The notes beneath the pieces are model-generated. The model did no database searches. It saw nothing but the letters and a program-made list of their open reading frames with translations, and was not told the origin of the DNA. Shown here in pieces: positions 22,794 through 32,050 of a stretch of DNA of 64,000 nt. Positions within the stretch are counted from its first letter, which is position 1, and every line of letters begins with the position of its first letter. A program made the translations under genes and the position numbers. The DNA is from an uncultured Eggerthella sp. Its GTDB lineage: Bacteria; Actinomycetota; Coriobacteriia; Coriobacteriales; Eggerthellaceae. Location: positions 7,598-71,597 of the forward strand of contig URVA01000001.1 in assembly GCA_900551155.1 (NCBI GenBank). Reading direction: 5' to 3'.

Positions 22794-24185
22794 ATGACTT
22801 CAACAGAACCCGCACAGCAGGCTGGTCGTGCCTCTTGGTCAGGTAAGCTTGCTTTTGTTTTGGCGGCAGCCGCTTCGGCTGTTGGCTTGGGAAGCATGTG
22901 GCGCTTCCCTTACTTGGCTGCTAAGTATGGTGGCGGCACCTTCCTTCTTACTTATTTGGTATTTGTTTTTACTATTGGCATTGCACTGTTGCTTTTGGAA
23001 ACGGCACTTGGTCGTAAGACAGGTCAGAGCTCCATTGGTGCATTTAAGGCATATGGAAAGAAATATGCCTTTATTGGCATTTTGATGTCTGCCGTTCCTT
23101 TCATCATCGTGCCTTACTACTGCGTTATTGGTGGTTGGGTAACCAAGTTTTTAGCATGTTATGTAACGGGCGACATTGCTTCGCTGACCGATGGCGGCGA
23201 CTACTTCACGACCTTTATTGCAAACGGTCCTGAAAGTATCGTTTTCATGCTTATCTTTATGTTCTTGACCTACTTTGTTGTTTCTCGTGGTGTTAAGGGC
23301 GGTATCGAAAAAGCAAACCTGGTTATGATGCCTGCTTTGATCTTGATGGCAATTGGTGTTGCTATTTATGCTCTTACTTTGCCAGGCGCAATTGACGGTC
23401 TTGCTTATTACTTCATCCCTGATCCAGCTGGATTTACGCCTGAAATGGTTATTTCTGCTTTAGGTCAGACCTTCTTTACCTTGTCTTTGGCAATGGGCAT
23501 CATGGTAACCTATGGCTCTTATTTGGATAAAACCTCCAAGCTTACCTCTAGCGTTGCTCAGATTGCAGGCACTACCTTTAGTGTTTCTTTGCTTGCAGGC
23601 TTGATGATTATTCCTGCAGCATTTGCGGCTATGGGTTCAGGTGAAGCAGTTGCTCAAAACTCTGGTCCTACGCTGATGTTTGTTGTATTGCCACAGGTAT
23701 TCAGTGGCTTGGGTGACATTGCTCCTGTTATTGGTGCGGTGTTCTTTATCCTGGTATTGTTTGCTGCTTTAACCAGTTCTATTTCGCTGGTTGAAACCTG
23801 TACTGCAATTATTCAAGACGCAACGCATTGCCATCGTCGTACCGCGCTTATTGTTACGATTGTATGGACAACATTGATGGGCATTATCGTTAACCTTGGT
23901 TTCGGCACTTTGTCGTTCATCGCGCCATTGGGTGAAGGTTCAACCATTCTGGACTTCCTGGACTTCATTTCGAATTCTGTCATGATGCCAGTAGTTGCTC
24001 TGCTTACCTGTATCTTTATTGGCTGGATTGTAGGCACGAAGTCCATTGAAGAAGAAGTTAAACTTTCAGCTCCCTTTAAGCTGAACAAAGTATGGGCGTT
24101 CATGATTAAGTTCATCGCACCTGTTGTGCTGGTAATCATTCTGGTTGCTTATGTTGCACAGACCATGGGCTTGTTCACGATGTAA
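22794..24185 (+). CDS. Sodium-dependent transporter, NSS/SNF family
   Basis: SAVGLGSMWRFPY, GGGTF, GIEK, QTFFTLSL, LFAALTSSISL motifs. Confidence 0.93.
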   Translation: MTSTEPAQQAGRASWSGKLAFVLAAAASAVGLGSMWRFPYLAAKYGGGTFLLTYLVFVFTIGIALLLLETALGRKTGQSSIGAFKAYGKKYAFIGILMSAVPFIIVPYYCVIGGWVTKFLACYVTGDIASLTDGGDYFTTFIANGPESIVFMLIFMFLTYFVVSRGVKGGIEKANLVMMPALILMAIGVAIYALTLPGAIDGLAYYFIPDPAGFTPEMVISALGQTFFTLSLAMGIMVTYGSYLDKTSKLTSSVAQIAGTTFSVSLLAGLMIIPAAFAAMGSGEAVAQNSGPTLMFVVLPQVFSGLGDIAPVIGAVFFILVLFAALTSSISLVETCTAIIQDATHCHRRTALIVTIVWTTLMGIIVNLGFGTLSFIAPLGEGSTILDFLDFISNSVMMPVVALLTCIFIGWIVGTKSIEEEVKLSAPFKLNKVWAFMIKFIAPVVLVIILVAYVAQTMGLFTM

Positions 24186-24234
24186 CAGAGTAGAGATCAG
24201 CTAATTACTTTTAGGATGCTTTAGAAAGCAAGTT

Positions 24235-24266
24235 AGGAAGCCTCGCAAACGAGGCTTCCTTTTTTA
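24235..24266 (+). terminator. Intrinsic terminator
   Basis: AGGAAGCCTCG/CGAGGCTTCCT stem plus T run. Confidence 0.88.
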
Positions 24267-24352
24267 TGCGGGCTTGTTTGTGCGGAATGCACGCAGGTGC
24301 TGAGGGTGGTATTATTAACACCGCATTTTATAAACAAATAAAGGAGAAACAC

Positions 24353-25417
24353 GTGTCTCTTTCAATCGGAATTGTTGGACTTCCTAATGTAGGTAAATCT
24401 TCGCTGTTTACTGCGCTTACCAAGAAAAGCGGTTTTGCAGCTAACTATCCCTTTGCAACTATTGAGCCTAATGTAGGCATTGTTCCTGTGCCAGACGATC
24501 GCTTAGAGGGTTTGGCGGCAATTGATCATCCTGCAAAAATTGTTCCTGCTACGGTTGAATTTGTAGACATCGCTGGTTTGGTTGCAGGTGCTTCACAGGG
24601 TGAAGGCTTAGGCAATAAGTTTTTAGCTAACATTCGTGAAACTGATGCAATTTGTGAAGTAGTGCGCTTCTTTACCGACCCCAATGTAGAGCACGTTTCG
24701 CGCAAGGTTGATCCGCAAAGCGACGTGGAAACCATTAAGACCGAATTAGTTCTTGCAGATATGGGCACCATCGAAAAAGCTCTTCCTCGTTTGGAAAAGG
24801 AAGCTAAGCGTGATAAGTCCGCAGTTCTGAAGTTTGAAACTGCCAAGAAAGTATTGGACGGTTTAAATGAAGGTCATCGTGCGCTTTCTCTAGATTTGTC
24901 TGACGACGAAAAGGATTCCATTAAGGAATTGTGCCTGCTCACTATGAAGCCACTTTTATATATCGCAAATGTGGATGAAAGCCAGCTGAATGCCGAACTT
25001 CCAGAAATTGACGGTCAACAGCCGGTGCCAATCTGCGCTAAGACTGAAGCGGATTTGGCAGAGCTTGAACCAGAAGAAGCTCAGATGTTCTTAGACGAAC
25101 TTGGTTTGGACGAATCTGGTCTGGCTCGTCTGGTTCGTGAAGCATATAAGCTCCTTGGTTTGCAAAGCTTCTTTACCAGCGGCGAAACCGAAACGCGTGC
25201 GTGGACCATTCCTGTAGGCGCTAAAGCTCCTCAGGCTGCAGGCGTTATTCATACCGACTTTGAGCGCGGCTTCATTAAGGCGGAAACCGCATCGTATGAA
25301 GACTACGTTGAACTGGGTGGCGAAAAAGGTTGCCGCGATGCAGGTAAGCTGCGCCAAGAGGGTAAGGACTATGTCGTGCAAGACGGAGACGTTATGCACT
25401 TTAAATTTAACGTGTAA
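24353..25417 (+). CDS. ychF: Redox-regulated ATPase YchF
   Basis: [29 protein letters not shown]-terminal TGS domain; GTG start after AAGGAG. Confidence 0.97.
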   Translation: MSLSIGIVGLPNVGKSSLFTALTKKSGFAANYPFATIEPNVGIVPVPDDRLEGLAAIDHPAKIVPATVEFVDIAGLVAGASQGEGLGNKFLANIRETDAICEVVRFFTDPNVEHVSRKVDPQSDVETIKTELVLADMGTIEKALPRLEKEAKRDKSAVLKFETAKKVLDGLNEGHRALSLDLSDDEKDSIKELCLLTMKPLLYIANVDESQLNAELPEIDGQQPVPICAKTEADLAELEPEEAQMFLDELGLDESGLARLVREAYKLLGLQSFFTSGETETRAWTIPVGAKAPQAAGVIHTDFERGFIKAETASYEDYVELGGEKGCRDAGKLRQEGKDYVVQDGDVMHFKFNV

Positions 25418-25516
25418 GCGACCTGTATTAACGGCACCTGTGCGCAAAGCCTTCTAGGACGAAGCAATACAAGCAGCAAAGCTATGTTGTAAGCGCACAA
25501 CAACTTTACTTATTCA

Positions 25517-25542
25517 AGCGAGGCATCCGCCTCGCTTTTTTA
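25517..25542 (+). terminator. Intrinsic terminator after ychF
   Basis: AAGCGAGGC/GCCTCGCTT stem plus T run. Confidence 0.85.
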
Positions 25543-25699
25543 TGCGGCGAAGTAATTAAAAGCACTCTAAAGACAAAGATTATTGCATGGGTTCTTAACG
25601 AGATGCATCTTGTCTGCGTGCTAAACTTTCTTACAGGACTAAACAAGATATCACGCAATAAACCGAACAGTATGCGTGTTTTGCGAGTAGGGGCACTCT

Positions 25700-26866
25700 A
25701 TGGAACTTCGCGAAATGGGGAAAACGGGCGTAAAAGTTTCACCTTTGGGCTTTGGTGTTATGCGCTTGCCACTAAAAAATGGCGGCAAAACAGCAAATGA
25801 CACCACGATTGATAATGTTGATGTAGATACTTCTATTGCAATGATTCGTCATGCAATTGATGAAGGAGTGAACTATTTCGATACCGCCTATAACTATGTG
25901 GCAGGATCTTCGGAAGTTATCTTAGGACAGGCTCTTAAAGATGGTTATCGCGAAAAGGTATATGTAGCTTCTAAATCTCCTGCATGGCTGTATAAAGCTC
26001 CTGAAGATTTTGATCGCTATTTGAGCGAGCAGCTTGAACGTTTGGATATGGACTATATCGATTTCTATCTGTTGCATTCCATGAATGGTGGCAGCTGGAA
26101 AAAGTCGGTACGCAACAATGCGGTAGAGTCTATGGTTCGCGCTAAAGCGGAAGGCAAAGTAAAGCACATCGGTTTTTCTTTCCATGATGACCTGGAGCTT
26201 TTTGAAGAAATTCTTAACGCTGCCGATTGGGATTTTTGCCAAATTCAGCTGAATTATTATGATCGCGATTACCAGGCAGGCGTTAAGGGCGCAAAGATGG
26301 CAGCCGAACGTGACATGGGTGTTATCGTTATGGAGCCTTTGCGTGGTGGTTTGCTGGTTGATTTGCCAAAGAGCGTGCAAGAAGTCTTTGATAATTCGGT
26401 ATATGATCGCAGCAATGTTGAATGGTCGTTTGATTGGCTGTGGGATATGCCAGAAATTTCTTGCGTCTTATCAGGCATGACTACTCCGCAGCAGCTTGAA
26501 GATAATCTTGGCTATATGAAACGTGCTTCTGTTGGCATGCTTACCGACGATGAACGTGCGGTAATCGATGCGGCAAAGGCGGCGCTTGACGCTAAGGCTG
26601 CTATCCCTTGTACGGGCTGTAACTATTGCGTGGATATGTGTCCTAACAAGATTGCCATCCCTTACAATTTCCGCGCTTACAACATGGGTGTTTTGTATGA
26701 CAACATGGACTTGGCTAAAGAATTTTATGCCGAAGAGGTTACGAGTTATGGCCGTCGTGCAGAGCATTGCACGAGCTGCGGAACATGCGAAGATATTTGT
26801 CCTCAGCACATTAAGATTAGCGAATGGCTCCCAAAGGTTGATGAGCTTTTAAATACCGATAAGTAA
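25700..26866 (+). CDS. Aldo/keto reductase with C-terminal 4Fe-4S dicluster domain
   Basis: LGFGVMRLP, YFDTAYNY, MEPLRGG; CTGCNYC..CP and CTSCGTCEDICP. Confidence 0.92.
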   Translation: MELREMGKTGVKVSPLGFGVMRLPLKNGGKTANDTTIDNVDVDTSIAMIRHAIDEGVNYFDTAYNYVAGSSEVILGQALKDGYREKVYVASKSPAWLYKAPEDFDRYLSEQLERLDMDYIDFYLLHSMNGGSWKKSVRNNAVESMVRAKAEGKVKHIGFSFHDDLELFEEILNAADWDFCQIQLNYYDRDYQAGVKGAKMAAERDMGVIVMEPLRGGLLVDLPKSVQEVFDNSVYDRSNVEWSFDWLWDMPEISCVLSGMTTPQQLEDNLGYMKRASVGMLTDDERAVIDAAKAALDAKAAIPCTGCNYCVDMCPNKIAIPYNFRAYNMGVLYDNMDLAKEFYAEEVTSYGRRAEHCTSCGTCEDICPQHIKISEWLPKVDELLNTDK

Positions 26867-27118
26867 CTTATTAGTATATTAACTATCAATACGTCAACTA
26901 TAATTTACAATAGTAGCGAAACTGAAATGCGTTTATATCGTCAGATTGAAGATATAAACGCATTTCTCTGTTACCGTGACTTTGATAGCTGCGAACAGCA
27001 CAGTGCTTGTCATGTGCCACAAGCAGGATGGGTGGCTGCAAGCGAAACGGGCAGCTTGTACCCGCAAACAAAGTGGCGGTTAAGTCTCATAAAGCTATTT
27101 GCGCAAAGAAGGTATACC

Positions 27119-27880
27119 ATGCATTCCGATGAAATTGAGCGTATTTTAACTGAAGTCTCCAAGGGCACTTGTTCGGTCGAAGATGCTCTACTCTCTCTAA
27201 AAAAAGAGCCCTTTACTGATTTGGGATATGCCAAGGTTGATCATCATCGTGCCTTGCGTCAAAACGCTGCCGAAGTGGTGTATGGCGCAGGAAAAACGCC
27301 CGATCAAATTGCAGGAATTGTTGCTTCGCTTCAAAAAGAAGGCGAAAAGACCGTTCTTATCACTCGACTAAAGCCAGAAGCTGCAGCGCTTTTACGTACC
27401 GAAATACCACTTACCTATCATGAGCTTTCAGGTGTGGGTATTGTAGGCGATATGCCTAAACCTACAGGAAATGGAAAGATTGTTGTTGCGTGTGCTGGTA
27501 CCAGCGATTTGCCTGTAGCAGAAGAAGCGGCGCTTACTGCTGAAGTTTTAGGTAACGAAGTAGTGCGCTTGTTTGATGTGGGTGTTGCAGGCCTTCATCG
27601 CTTGCTTGCTCATATGGACGACATTATGGATGCTCAAGTTGTTATTGCCATTGCTGGTATGGAAGGTGCTCTTGCAAGTGTTATTGGCGGCATGGCTTCG
27701 TGCCCTGTTATTGCGGTGCCAACAAGTGTTGGTTATGGCGCTTCCTTTAATGGTTTGGCAGCATTGCTTTCGATGCTTAATTCTTGCGCGAGTGGCGTAA
27801 GTGTTGTGAATATCGACAATGGCTTTGGCGCTGCTTTCCAGGCGCATCTCATTAACCATTTGCCTGGCAAAGCATCTTAG
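27119..27880 (+). CDS. larB: Nickel-pincer cofactor biosynthesis carboxylase/hydrolase LarB
   Basis: DHHRxxR, EVVYGAGKT, AGTSD, DVGVAGLHRL, AGMEGAL, PTSVGYG, LNSC, VNIDNGFGAA. Confidence 0.95.
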   Translation: MHSDEIERILTEVSKGTCSVEDALLSLKKEPFTDLGYAKVDHHRALRQNAAEVVYGAGKTPDQIAGIVASLQKEGEKTVLITRLKPEAAALLRTEIPLTYHELSGVGIVGDMPKPTGNGKIVVACAGTSDLPVAEEAALTAEVLGNEVVRLFDVGVAGLHRLLAHMDDIMDAQVVIAIAGMEGALASVIGGMASCPVIAVPTSVGYGASFNGLAALLSMLNSCASGVSVVNIDNGFGAAFQAHLINHLPGKAS

Positions 27881-27989
27881 AGTATCTGTAACAAACTATC
27901 TGTAGGAAAACATCTAAATTAACAGCAAAACGCCGAGACGAAATCAAACAATTCGGCACAAAAGCTTCAGGATATAAAGGAGAAAACAC

Positions 27990-28538
27990 ATGCAATTGCA
28001 TTTAGATTTGCACGAAAATGCAACACGTGGACATATTTTAGATACTTTGCTTAACGCTATGGATGAAGCAAAGAGAACTTCATATGACGATATCGTCAAT
28101 CATGCCGTAATTCCCGATAAGCACCACCATTCCATCGTTGAGGTGCGCGAAAGCATTGATGCGCTTGAGGTACCTGAACAGGTAAAAGAAGACCTTCATG
28201 CGGTATATGAAATATTGGCGGCCGCAGAAGCAAGCGTGCATGGGTGTGCTGTGGAGGAAACTCACTTTCACGAAGTGGGTAATGCGAGTGGTATTCGCAA
28301 TGCACTTGCCATTTGCGCTGCGTTTTATGTGCTGGCACCCGAGGCGGTTGTCGCAACGCCCCTACAAACAGGTGAAGGTGAAATCGAGTGTGCTCACGGA
28401 CTGCTTTCCCTTCCTGCTCCCGCAACAGCTGCTATTATTGAAGGACTTCCTGTAGCGGAGGATAAACTTCCAGGAGAGCGATGTACTCCTACTTCTGCTG
28501 CGATTATTAAGCATTTTGTTACTTCATTTGAGGGATAG
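27990..28538 (+). CDS. larC: LarC-family (DUF111) protein, N-terminal domain only
   Basis: AEAxVHG, HFHEVG, CAHG..PAPAT, GExxTPT motifs and His patch; 182 aa, no C-terminal domain; AAGGAG RBS. Confidence 0.8.
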   Translation: MQLHLDLHENATRGHILDTLLNAMDEAKRTSYDDIVNHAVIPDKHHHSIVEVRESIDALEVPEQVKEDLHAVYEILAAAEASVHGCAVEETHFHEVGNASGIRNALAICAAFYVLAPEAVVATPLQTGEGEIECAHGLLSLPAPATAAIIEGLPVAEDKLPGERCTPTSAAIIKHFVTSFEG

Positions 28539-28544
28539 TGTGTA

Positions 28545-30665
28545 GTGAAATTACCTTGGCGTAAGAATAAAAATACTTACGATGACGGCGTCGACGACTT
28601 TGATGCCTATCAAGGTATGGCTTCTGCTCATGACGAAACGCGCGCTTGGGATTCTCGCGGTAATGATTTAGGGGTATCGGCTGTTCCCCTTGTTACTCGG
28701 GATGATTATCGGGTTACCTATACAGGTGCTGCCGAAAACGAAGCACCTCATGATTTGGATTATGGATCGGACTATGATTTGGTATATGCTTCAAATTCTG
28801 GTCCGACACTACCTGATGGAGCGCAAGCAGAATCTGAAACATTATTGCTAAATCGCTACATAGTAGCAGGTGAAGCGGGTAGTGGTGCTTTTGCTTCGGT
28901 GGTTATTGCATGGGACACCCGCATACAACGCAAAGTCGCTATTAAATGTATTCCTTTAGAGGGAACCGAAGGCCTGCCCGCGCAAGGCGGCAGCATTTTG
29001 GTAGATAATTCTTCGTTTGATATGTCGTCAGTGACGGGTCTCGAAGAGGCACGTACGGCAGCTATGCTTTCTGATTCTTCAATCGTTTCGGTATACGACT
29101 TTGAAGTTGATAAAGGTATGGCCTACCTTATTCTTGAATACGTTGACGGCTTAACGCTAGCGGATTTGCTGGCTCAGTATCCCGATGAAATTAACGCAGA
29201 TATTGTTGCTTCGGTATTTAAATCCATTTCACATGCGCTTGAGGTAGCACACAAGCGCCACGTTCTTCATTTAGATATCAAACCTGAAAACGTTTTGATT
29301 GATCATCAAGGTCAGGTAAAAGTGACCGATTTTGGTCTTGCTCGTTTGGCGACTGAAACTGGGTATGGCACTGCCGCGGGTGGCACCATTGGTTATATGC
29401 CTCCAGAGCAAATGACTGGTCAAGAGCTTGATGAGCGCTGTGATCAATGGGCTCTTGCGAGCTTGACCTACGAAATGATAGCGGGGAAGAATCCCTTCAT
29501 TGTCGATTCGCTTGCAGAGGCAGAGGATGCTATCTATGATGCGGAATTGGTCATTCCGTCCTTGTGTATGGAAGGCCTTGATGAAGATATAGACGACATT
29601 ATGTTTTGCGCACTCGACCCTGATCCAGCAGAGCGCTATGACTCCGTTAAGGATTTTGCCGAGCAGTTGCAGCCCTGTTTAGGAAGCACGCGAAAAGGAC
29701 GAAACGCCTTAAAGCGTTTAGTGGGCCAAAGTGATGCAGAAGACTCTGATTTTGCTGAAACAGATCTTGATGATGACACTGAGGCTTTCGAATACGATGA
29801 TGCCTGCGATTACGAGAACGAAGGCAGAGAACCCTGGCATATGTCACCACGCATGCATTCAGTTTGCATGCGCTTGTGGGCAGTGGCAGGTAGCGTGGTG
29901 TTGGCTTTTTTGTGTATCAATTCGCTCTTAGGGCCAGAATCATGGAGCTCTCAACCTGTTTCTTGGGGCGCTTTGCTGATCTGTGTGCTTCTTAGTGCGG
30001 TATTTCCTCATGTAGGTGCTTTGCTTGTTGGAGAAGCATTTGGCGTGACACTATGCGCGTGTGGTGATCCGCTGCCGGGTATTTTCTTGATGGCGGCAAC
30101 AGGCGCTTGGTGGTTTTATTCGGCACGTCAATCTGTTGAGGCTACTAACGTTGGTCTTTCGGGTGCGCTCTTTGGCGCTATTGGGCTGGCACCTCTTGTT
30201 CCTTTTGTTGCAGGCTTCCTCTTACCCGCGCGTGATGCACTACTCTCTACGCTCTATGCCATAAGTGTTGCGGTTTTACTTGCTGGTTTAGGATCAGCGT
30301 CAATGTTTGGTTGGGACGCCTTTACGTTTGCGCCGATACCGATTGATTCGAGTTATGGCGACGTATTACTTCGGGTGATAAGCCAGCCTTCTACTTGGAT
30401 TATGATTCTTGCTTGTGTGCTTGCTGCGCTAATCGGTTCGCTTATGTGCGGTCTAGGTAAACGTGTTTGGTGTATTTTGGGCATGATCATCGCAGGTGTG
30501 CTTTTGATTGTTGGCTTGATTTGTGGCTCCCTTATCGACACCCTAGGGAAAGAGATGCTAACCAATCCTATCTTACTGGCACCTGTTATTGGCTCTACTG
30601 TGTTAGGGGTATTTTTAGCAAGCGTTGCTCTTCCAGGACGCACGTTTCACGACACTGAAGAGTAG
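28545..30665 (+). CDS. Hanks-type Ser/Thr protein kinase with polytopic C-terminal membrane domain
   Basis: GSGAFA, VAIK, HLDIKPEN, DFG, GTIGYMPPEQ; last third has many hydrophobic helices. Confidence 0.92.
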   Translation: MKLPWRKNKNTYDDGVDDFDAYQGMASAHDETRAWDSRGNDLGVSAVPLVTRDDYRVTYTGAAENEAPHDLDYGSDYDLVYASNSGPTLPDGAQAESETLLLNRYIVAGEAGSGAFASVVIAWDTRIQRKVAIKCIPLEGTEGLPAQGGSILVDNSSFDMSSVTGLEEARTAAMLSDSSIVSVYDFEVDKGMAYLILEYVDGLTLADLLAQYPDEINADIVASVFKSISHALEVAHKRHVLHLDIKPENVLIDHQGQVKVTDFGLARLATETGYGTAAGGTIGYMPPEQMTGQELDERCDQWALASLTYEMIAGKNPFIVDSLAEAEDAIYDAELVIPSLCMEGLDEDIDDIMFCALDPDPAERYDSVKDFAEQLQPCLGSTRKGRNALKRLVGQSDAEDSDFAETDLDDDTEAFEYDDACDYENEGREPWHMSPRMHSVCMRLWAVAGSVVLAFLCINSLLGPESWSSQPVSWGALLICVLLSAVFPHVGALLVGEAFGVTLCACGDPLPGIFLMAATGAWWFYSARQSVEATNVGLSGALFGAIGLAPLVPFVAGFLLPARDALLSTLYAISVAVLLAGLGSASMFGWDAFTFAPIPIDSSYGDVLLRVISQPSTWIMILACVLAALIGSLMCGLGKRVWCILGMIIAGVLLIVGLICGSLIDTLGKEMLTNPILLAPVIGSTVLGVFLASVALPGRTFHDTEE

Positions 30666-30783
30666 ACACGATTAAGCGAGTGATTCATTCGGCAGCTAAT
30701 GTGTCCAAACGCGGCGAGAAGCGGTTGGATGCTGACAGGTGCGCACGACAGTTACACGTAACGGTTATTCACTTGGTAGTTAT

Positions 30784-31719
30784 TCACTCGGTAGGGCGTC
30801 CAGAGAAATTCAAATTTCTTGTAATCTTTTTTGCATCGTCGGAAGAAAAACTATCTTCAATAAACTGCGGAATAAGCGTATTTGCTTCGCTTAAGGTGGC
30901 GTTGAAGATGTCTTCAAAACTCGTCGTGTGGTGTTCCTCTGTGAAAGGATTGATCCATGTATGATGTTCGTGATTATCAAAGGCGCTTTTAGTAAGCGCA
31001 AGCGGGCGATGACAAAATGCTTGGGCAAAGGAATGTCTTCTAAATCTGCGCTCCACTATTCCGTAAAGGCTGCGCTTAAACCCTTGAGGTGAATAAGTTG
31101 CAAACTGTACGCGACGATAGTTATGCACACTTGCAGAAAAAAGATGAGCAGGAGTCAGCTTTTCGTAGGTATCCCAAAAAGCGGCGCACATAATGTGCGA
31201 AATGGCGGCAAGGGATTGTTCATCTGCTTTAAGTATTTCTTTGTAGGGTTTAAAGGACGAAATGGTCTTTCCTTTGTGGGTGTAGAGAATTAGCTCGTCA
31301 AGTTCGCTTTCGATAACCGCATGAACTTCATGACCATCATGTTCGTCTAAACCATCAATGCCTGCACTGCATAAAGCGTATTGCTGCGCGTAAACAAAAG
31401 GATGTGCGGCACGATCAAGTAAATAGTGGCACAAAAATCCCGCACAAAACGCACGAACCGTTTCTTGCATATTGGAAGGTGCAAGAGTGGGACTTTTGGA
31501 AATGGTAAGCAAAAGTTCGGCAGGTTTTTTGCTATGCATCAGGCTGCCCATTGCGCGATAAGCGGACAAAGATGGAGAAATTACGCAGAAAAAGAGCGGA
31601 TCAGGTCCTTGGCTGCCAAGAAGAAAAGCATTTTGTTCGCGCTCGTTGGAAATAAACGAAAGCGCAGGCAAAGTAAGCATTTCTTGTGCAAATTGGTGGT
31701 GCGTAATGATTGCTGGCAT
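30784..31719 (-). CDS. Zinc-dependent phospholipase C family protein
   Basis: MPxxxTH N-terminus, GSQGPD, HYLLDxxxHP, HxxIExxxD metal ligands. Confidence 0.8.
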   Translation of the reverse strand: MPAIITHHQFAQEMLTLPALSFISNEREQNAFLLGSQGPDPLFFCVISPSLSAYRAMGSLMHSKKPAELLLTISKSPTLAPSNMQETVRAFCAGFLCHYLLDRAAHPFVYAQQYALCSAGIDGLDEHDGHEVHAVIESELDELILYTHKGKTISSFKPYKEILKADEQSLAAISHIMCAAFWDTYEKLTPAHLFSASVHNYRRVQFATYSPQGFKRSLYGIVERRFRRHSFAQAFCHRPLALTKSAFDNHEHHTWINPFTEEHHTTSFEDIFNATLSEANTLIPQFIEDSFSSDDAKKITRNLNFSGRPTE

Positions 31720-31876
31720 GACGGACCTCGCCTTCTTAACAATTTTTTAAGTTCGGTAGCGCGATGGATGCGTATACTTTTCTCCGTTCATAATGAATCT
31801 GTTTTTCGGATCATTCAAGAGCGTACCAAGAAAAGCAAACCTTTTCGTTATGAATGCTGTTAGCGAAAATGTATTA

Positions 31877-31978
31877 GAGAAAAGTGTCGCGAAGAATGGC
31901 GAACGCCTTGCGGAAAGTGCTGACGAAGAATGGCGAACGCCTTGCGGAAAGCGCCGCTAAAGAATGGCGAACGCCTTG
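31877..31978. repeat. 34-bp tandem repeat x3 in a divergent promoter region
   Basis: Identical 19-mer AAGAATGGCGAACGCCTTG at 31892, 31926 and 31960. Confidence 0.9.
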
Positions 31979-32050
31979 TTGGATCTCGACGAAGAGCAGC
32001 GGGCGTTATGGTAACTGTTTGCAAGGTGTAGGGAAGGATTAGATAACAAC

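Noticed and set aside
28500..28560. Programmed frameshift to a larC2 domain
   Set aside because: The downstream sequence is the kinase gene; I see no LarC C-terminal motifs in the ORFs there
31877..31978. Mini CRISPR array
   Set aside because: Linkers are only 15 nt and resemble each other, the repeat is 19 nt, and no cas genes are present
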